The position numbers and the translations under genes are program-made. This document shows positions 63,688-64,000 of a stretch of 64,000 nucleotides of DNA, piece by piece; positions within the stretch are counted from its first letter, which is position 1; every line of letters starts with the position of its first letter. This DNA is from Candidatus Poseidoniaceae archaeon. Lineage in GTDB: Archaea; Thermoplasmatota; Poseidoniia; Poseidoniales; Poseidoniaceae. The notes below the pieces were generated by a model that made no database searches, had not been told where the DNA came from, and saw nothing but the letters and a program-made list of their open reading frames with translations. The stretch is from the NCBI GenBank assembly GCA_049606035.1, contig JBMYVD010000005.1, forward strand, positions 2,388 to 66,387. Reading direction: 5' to 3'.

Positions 63688-64000
63688 ATGCCGGTGAGGA
63701 GTGCAGACCCCGAGACTGACGAAGTTGGTCGATTCAACAGGCTATCTGCCTCTCAAGCAAATACTTGGGAAGACTGTCCAAGGCTTTGGTATTATCAAAA
63801 TAAAATGCGATTGAAATTTCCTCAGACTCCACCGCTATTTCTTGGAAGGGCTGTAGAAGAATGTGTTTGTAGGGTTCTGATGGAATCTCCTGGACTTGTT
63901 TTCCCCAATGCACCTCTTGATGTAATGAAAAATGGGGCCGACAATTTACTTCCATTATTCGATGATGAGGTACCCAATGATTTCCTTGGGTGGTGTGAAT
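63688..64000 (+). CDS. Second PD-(D/E)XK (Cas4-like) nuclease paralog, C-terminus cut by window edge
   Basis: My own translation from ATG 63688 gives MPVRSADPETDEVGRFNRLSASQANTWEDCPRLWYYQNKMRLKF...GRAVEECVCRVLMESPGLV. This is collinear with the N-terminus of the preceding protein (RLSAS..T...C...W.., G.EVE..C..LM..P.V). It is absent from the ORF track because it has no stop in the window. Confidence 0.55.
   Translation, partial: MPVRSADPETDEVGRFNRLSASQANTWEDCPRLWYYQNKMRLKFPQTPPLFLGRAVEECVCRVLMESPGLVFPNAPLDVMKNGADNLLPLFDDEVPNDFLGWCE

Noticed and set aside
63734-63955. 73-aa minus-strand ORF at the window end
   Set aside because: It is antisense to the truncated plus-strand gene, whose N-terminus is clearly paralogous to the preceding nuclease.

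Overview
This is a very dense chromosomal segment of an archaeon, about 96-97% coding under my gene calls, with no mobile elements. I read it by eye only, and all family calls rest on motifs I recognise, not on searches.

Archaeal markers present:
- Dph2, ribosomal protein L10e/uL16, ABCE1 and Hel308
- a Zn-finger RPA with a COG3390-type partner, and a Cgi121-like protein
- GGPP synthase with geranylgeranyl reductase
- a class-III-signal pilin and a FlaI/TadA-type ATPase

These are interleaved with bacterial-type gyrBA, mutSL and a class II CCA-adding enzyme. The proteins are strongly acidic, and there are several membrane-anchored extracellular peptidases. That combination fits a marine Thermoplasmatota lineage such as Marine Group II (Ca. 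Poseidoniales), but this is inference only.

I call 52 CDS, two of them truncated at the window edges. I saw no rRNA, tRNA, CRISPR array, IS element or integrase.

Most noteworthy observations:
1. Tandem paralogous Cas4-like Fe-S PD-(D/E)XK nucleases sit at the 3' end. The first is fused to two OB-fold-like modules.
2. A minimal Tad/Epd-like type IV filament module (split platform plus ATPase, no pilin or peptidase) is packed directly behind the RPA genes. An unlinked pilin lies about 6 kb away.
3. GyrA ends in a canonical EF-hand, and a membrane protein carries an EF-hand pair.
4. A thymidylate-kinase-like domain is fused to a basic Trp/Arg-rich domain.
5. All ten convergent gene junctions are 10 nt or less, and nine are 1 nt or less or overlapping.

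None of these is a proven novel system. Each needs homology or structure searches that I cannot run.
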